From Snowella sp. (GTDB taxonomy: Bacteria; Cyanobacteriota; Cyanobacteriia; Cyanobacteriales; Microcystaceae), in the NCBI GenBank assembly GCA_035285545.1, contig JAYKGY010000016.1:1-18582 (forward strand): a stretch of 18,582 bases of DNA. Reading direction: 5' to 3'. Below, in pieces: positions 14,655-18,582 of this stretch (the first letter of the stretch is position 1; each line of letters opens with the position of its first letter). The translations under genes and the position numbers were made by a program. The notes beneath the pieces are model-generated. The model saw only the letters and a program-made list of their open reading frames with translations. It had not been told where the DNA came from and searched no databases.

Positions 14655-17600
14655 TTACCAAGGATTACCAATCATTGTAAAACTACTCCAATAATAGGGG
14701 TGGCTTAGATCTATATTTTTTAAATTTCGACGAAGGGAAAAGTTGACAGAAACAGTTAAAGGGTTATTTTTATCTCCAATCACCATTTGATCGTTTTGAA
14801 TGCTGACTTTTCTATGAAGTAAGTTCAACTGAGCTTGTCGTAGAGCATCTGCTTTGGTAGGGCTTTGTTTAAGTTGATTATAAAAACTTGTCATTAATGC
14901 TAGGGTTCCTTCGTCGCTTACATACCATAGACTACCTAATGCAGTTCTTACTCCTGTTTTGACGGCTAATCCCGCAAATCCTAATTCAGCATCAAAATCT
15001 CCTACAGCGGTTTTACAAGCAGACAGCGTTAAGAGATCAATCGGACGATCTAAGCCTAAATTAGCAAATTCATCTAGGGTTAATTTTCTATCACTGAAAA
15101 CTACAAACGAATTGTTGCGATCGCCGGACTTGAATTCTCCGTGAGTAGCCAGATGAACAATACTAAACTGATTAGAATTAAGGGCACGTTTAAAATTTTC
15201 GACAGTAAAATCCTGATTTAAAAATATCTGACCGGGCCAAATCTTTGTCGCAATTTCCGTTAACTCAATAGGCACTGCGGGTAAAGGCTTTTGATCAGAA
15301 AAATTATCGGCTCCCATCCCTAAAACTTGTGCTCCTTGGCGATCTTGGCGAGTAGTATCCGTAAGCGCAAGACTGGGAGTCAGACTAACACTATATTTTT
15401 CAATAATATACTGCTGACTATTGGCATCATAAAGAGCCGCTAGGGGAAGAGAACGCAAACCTTGATCTAATATAAAAGTAAGGTTAGTAATTTTTTGGTT
15501 TTTGAGAGCATCCTCAATCGGTTCAATTAACCACTGATAAAGTTGTTTGGCTTCGGGCAGGAAATTTTCTGTCGGAGACATATTAATTAATTCTTGTTGT
15601 AATCGCAAAGCCATTTTTAGTACTTGACCACGAGTAACTCCTTTAATCGGTAAGGACAAAATATTTTGATCGCTTACTAAGACCATTTCTAGCTCATCAT
15701 CATCGTTTCTTTCTGTATTTGCAGTTGAATTACGGGCACGATTTAATTCCCATAGGGAACTATTTTCTATTGAGGAATCAGATTTGGCAGGGCGAAAGAA
15801 GACATAGATTAAGGCAGATTTAATTCCAGTCACTTGTTGAACACCTGTTAAAATGGTCGGAATAGTGTCTAAGGGGATTTCAGGTTTAGCAGGAATACCT
15901 AACTGATTGCTGTAATCTGTTGTGAAACTTCTATCAATTCCTTCAACAACTGCTGCTGTCGTTTTCTGTGTAGCAACTGGAGTGGGAGTGCTTGGAGAAA
16001 TGGATGGTTGTGATGGAACTTCGGCAACAGGTTCTGGAGACTGGGATTTGGAGTCTCGTTGATTGGGCGGATTTATAAAGATAGGCACTTGGCTATCGGC
16101 TATCGGAACTTGAATCCCACTACTTAAGGAAATATTCCCTTTTGTTTCATTGAAAAGATAGGGTTGGGTGGGATTAATAGTATATTCTCCTGATGTAATG
16201 GCTCCTTGTGTTCCATTTTCGCTGGCATTGCCCACAATAAAGGGTGTAGTGCCATTGCCTCCATAACGAATAGTAATTGTGCCTCCTCCCTGGGAACCTG
16301 CACTGGAAATACTTGCTACTACGCCATTTTGATCAACAAATGTTTCTGTTGCTCGGAAGAATCGGGCTGTTGTGATGTCAATATTTCCTCCCACACCATT
16401 GGTACTTTGAGCATTAATATAACCCACTTGAACATCGTTATCTGGATCAATAAAAACATTGCCTGCTTTTTCTCCAGAAGTTGTAATCGCTCCTGTGGTA
16501 ATAGCGGTTTTGGCTTTTATGGTAATATCCCCACCATTATTGGAGCCTGCGGTATTTAAGTTACCGGTATTGATTGTACCTGAAGGTGCGTTTAGAGCTA
16601 ACGTTGCTCCCGTTCCGCTCTTATTGGATAAATCAATATTTTGAGCGTTAAGGTTTTCCCCTGCTTGTAGGCTTAGTGGATAACTACCTTGAATATCTCC
16701 TGTAATGTTAATGTTGCCGCGATCGCCTGTGCTGATATTAGCAGCGTTGCCCAAATTCACATTCCCATTAATCGTTAGGTTTTGTCCTTGAGTTGTCAAG
16801 TCAGCATTAAGATTGGTACTCCCATTCAGGGTCAGAGTTCCTTTTGTATTAATCGCTTGATTAACAGTAATCGTATTGTTGGTGGCAGCTAAATTAAGGT
16901 TAAAATTGAAAGCGATAGGCTCTGCGATTATAATAGGACTGTTGTTATTTCCAATCGTAACGCTACTAAAAGTAGGCGAAATTAAACTTAATTCGGTATT
17001 GGTCAGATTCAGCGCATTGGGATCGGTGGCACTTGTGCTTCCACTTAGAATATTACGCCCTGCACTACTAGGTTGAAAAGTTAGTTTTCCAGTTCCTTGA
17101 ATCTCTCCAGCCCAATCAATTTCATCAGCAATAAAAGTGATATTTTGATTATTAGCCGTCACTGTGCCTTTGAGAGAAATACTAGATTTACCTGCGTTTA
17201 GAGTAGTGTCCTTGGCAAAAGTAACAGAATTATTAAAGTTAATGGGATTGTCCCCAGTATTAATACTCGCGTTAATGGTTATAGGAGCATCAGTCGTTAA
17301 TTCACCTGATAAATCAACGGTATCATTAAACATAAGACCACCCCAAGGCGATCGCAGGATAACAGGAGATTTGAAGTTAACATTACTTCCTACTGTTATT
17401 TGCCCGCTACCATCTTTTTGACCAATCAGGATTTGACTAAAACCAGGTTGTAATTGATTAATTTCGGTCGAAGACAAAGTGAACGCTAATTCATCGCTCA
17501 AAAAATTGTCTCCTAAAGTAATTGGTAAGCTACTGCTATAAGGCTGTAGTGTTAAAATGCTATTACCACTTACATTTCCTTCTATTTCTAAATTATCTGT

Positions 17601-18582
17601 CGTTAGAGTTAAGTTTCCAGTAATATTTGTCTTTTTAATTGTAATTATCCCCGCCTTACTCGTTAAAATTGGGTTATTAGTAATAATTAACGGGTCATTA
17701 TAAGTTTGGCTTCCTGTCGTCGTAATATTGCCATTAATTTGGCTACTACCTGCTGAATCGGTGGTTAAGTTGTTAACATTGACGGCATCGTTAAAGCGAC
17801 TGATTCCTGATGCGTTGACAGTTAAATCTTGATTGCCCTCTACAGTTTTTTGTAGGGTAATATCACTTCCTGTTAGAGTTGCGTTTCCGGTTAAGGTAAC
17901 TGAATCGTTGTAGGTTTGATTGCCTGTGGTGCTGATATTTCCTTTGATTTCTGTTGTTCCTACTGCGTCGGTTGTTAAATTGCTAACATTGACGGCATCG
18001 TTAAAGCGACTGATTCCTGATGCGTTGACAGTCAAATCTTGATTGCCCTCTACCGTTTTTTGTAGGGTAATATCGCTTCCTGTTAGGGTTGCGTTTCCGG
18101 TTAAGGTGACCACATCGTTATAGCTTTGATTGCCTGTGGTACTGATATTTCCTTTGATTTCTGTTGTTCCTGTTGAATCGGTGGTTAAATTGTTGACATT
18201 GACGGCATCGTTAAAGCGACTGGTTCCTGATGCGTTGACGGTTAAATCTTGATTGCCCTCTACGGTTTTTTGTAGGGTAATATCGCTTCCTGTTAGGGTT
18301 GCATTTCCTGTTAAGGTGACCGTATCGTTATAGGCTTGATTGCCTGTTGTCGTAATATTGCTATTAATTTGAGTGCTTCCTGCTTCATCAGTGGTTAAAC
18401 TAGCAGCGTTGACTGGGTTATTGAATCGGGTTGTACCGCTACTATTAACGCTTAAGTTTCCTAATGCATTTGTCTCTCCTACTGAATTATTAAAGCTGAC
18501 ATTTCCTGCTCCACTGCTGAGAGTTAAATCGTTGGCTTCTCCACTTTGGGAGTTCACTTTATCGGCAAAGGTGATGTCGCTA
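14655..18582 (-). CDS. Large filamentous-haemagglutinin-like beta-helical repeat protein with C-terminal CHAT (caspase-like) protease domain; 5' end outside the window
   Basis: The frame is open to the window edge (SDITFADK precedes the GTG at 18557). T/N/G/S-rich repeats, a Pro/Ser linker, then CHAT motifs LYQWLIEPI, LRSLPLAALYD, IVHLATHG (His), LTLSACKTA (Cys), SLWYVSDEGT and HPYYWSSF. Confidence 0.95.
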   Translation of the reverse strand, partial: SDITFADKVNSQSGEANDLTLSSGAGNVSFNNSVGETNALGNLSVNSSGTTRFNNPVNAASLTTDEAGSTQINSNITTTGNQAYNDTVTLTGNATLTGSDITLQKTVEGNQDLTVNASGTSRFNDAVNVNNLTTDSTGTTEIKGNISTTGNQSYNDVVTLTGNATLTGSDITLQKTVEGNQDLTVNASGISRFNDAVNVSNLTTDAVGTTEIKGNISTTGNQTYNDSVTLTGNATLTGSDITLQKTVEGNQDLTVNASGISRFNDAVNVNNLTTDSAGSSQINGNITTTGSQTYNDPLIITNNPILTSKAGIITIKKTNITGNLTLTTDNLEIEGNVSGNSILTLQPYSSSLPITLGDNFLSDELAFTLSSTEINQLQPGFSQILIGQKDGSGQITVGSNVNFKSPVILRSPWGGLMFNDTVDLSGELTTDAPITINASINTGDNPINFNNSVTFAKDTTLNAGKSSISLKGTVTANNQNITFIADEIDWAGEIQGTGKLTFQPSSAGRNILSGSTSATDPNALNLTNTELSLISPTFSSVTIGNNNSPIIIAEPIAFNFNLNLAATNNTITVNQAINTKGTLTLNGSTNLNADLTTQGQNLTINGNVNLGNAANISTGDRGNINITGDIQGSYPLSLQAGENLNAQNIDLSNKSGTGATLALNAPSGTINTGNLNTAGSNNGGDITIKAKTAITTGAITTSGEKAGNVFIDPDNDVQVGYINAQSTNGVGGNIDITTARFFRATETFVDQNGVVASISSAGSQGGGTITIRYGGNGTTPFIVGNASENGTQGAITSGEYTINPTQPYLFNETKGNISLSSGIQVPIADSQVPIFINPPNQRDSKSQSPEPVAEVPSQPSISPSTPTPVATQKTTAAVVEGIDRSFTTDYSNQLGIPAKPEIPLDTIPTILTGVQQVTGIKSALIYVFFRPAKSDSSIENSSLWELNRARNSTANTERNDDDELEMVLVSDQNILSLPIKGVTRGQVLKMALRLQQELINMSPTENFLPEAKQLYQWLIEPIEDALKNQKITNLTFILDQGLRSLPLAALYDANSQQYIIEKYSVSLTPSLALTDTTRQDRQGAQVLGMGADNFSDQKPLPAVPIELTEIATKIWPGQIFLNQDFTVENFKRALNSNQFSIVHLATHGEFKSGDRNNSFVVFSDRKLTLDEFANLGLDRPIDLLTLSACKTAVGDFDAELGFAGLAVKTGVRTALGSLWYVSDEGTLALMTSFYNQLKQSPTKADALRQAQLNLLHRKVSIQNDQMVIGDKNNPLTVSVNFSLRRNLKNIDLSHPYYWSSFTMIGNPW
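17718..18347 (-). repeat. Three intragenic 210-bp (70-aa) tandem repeats
   Basis: GACGGCATCGTTAAAGCGAC recurs at 17781, 17991 and 18201. Unit: TGNQ.YND.VTLTGNATLTGSDITLQKTVEGNQDLTVNASG.SRFNDAVNV.NLTTD..G...I.GNI.T. Partial diverged copies lie on both sides. Confidence 0.97.

Larger units (their letters stand above)
847..17355. repeat. HIP1 octamers (GCGATCGC), at least 19 copies
   Basis: Starts at 847, 1032, 1793, 1954, 2925, 3141, 4477, 4843, 6545, 6658, 9259, 9961, 10443, 12464, 12703, 14097, 15117, 16719 and 17348 (hand count), about one per kb. Confidence 0.95.

Noticed and set aside
17718..18347. DGR template/variable repeat pair
   Set aside because: The repeats are in-frame tandem coding units, the differences are not confined to adenines of one template copy, and there is no reverse transcriptase in the window.
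18555..18557. GTG 18557 as the start of the CHAT gene, and TTG starts at 3436, 4816 and 10742
   Set aside because: The CHAT frame stays open to the window edge with repeat-like sequence. The other genes have downstream ATGs, supported by an RBS (3376) or a signal peptide (4870); 10724 is preferred only as the nearby ATG.

Overview
Cyanobacterial chromosomal region: at least 19 HIP1 (GCGATCGC) sites, a transaldolase with a C-terminal EF-hand extension and an SLH-domain porin suggest a unicellular Chroococcales-type host (inference). Left to right: a small gene apparently cut by an IS/MITE end plus other IS debris (1-680); a probable phosphoribosyltransferase-ftsH4-like operon; two divergent hypothetical genes; a 53-aa CxxC...CxxC zinc-ribbon-like ORF missed by the ORF track (5255-5416, -); tal; an AT-rich AAA+/HTH/PD-(D/E)xK-like (DUF4143-type) gene with its own promoter and palindrome; a membrane-anchored GTPase; an alpha/beta hydrolase; a probable 6S RNA (about 11881-12075, -); a porin with a perfect Fur-type box; an IS5/ISL2-type transposase scar; and the 3' part of a very large beta-helical repeat protein with a CHAT protease domain and three 210-bp tandem repeats, whose 5' end lies beyond the window. 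Most genes belong to known families, and I cannot support a complete new multi-gene system. The best leads are the hidden microprotein with its two uncharacterised neighbours, the unannotated structured RNA and the regulatory sites. All family assignments are from motif recognition and memory, not from database searches.
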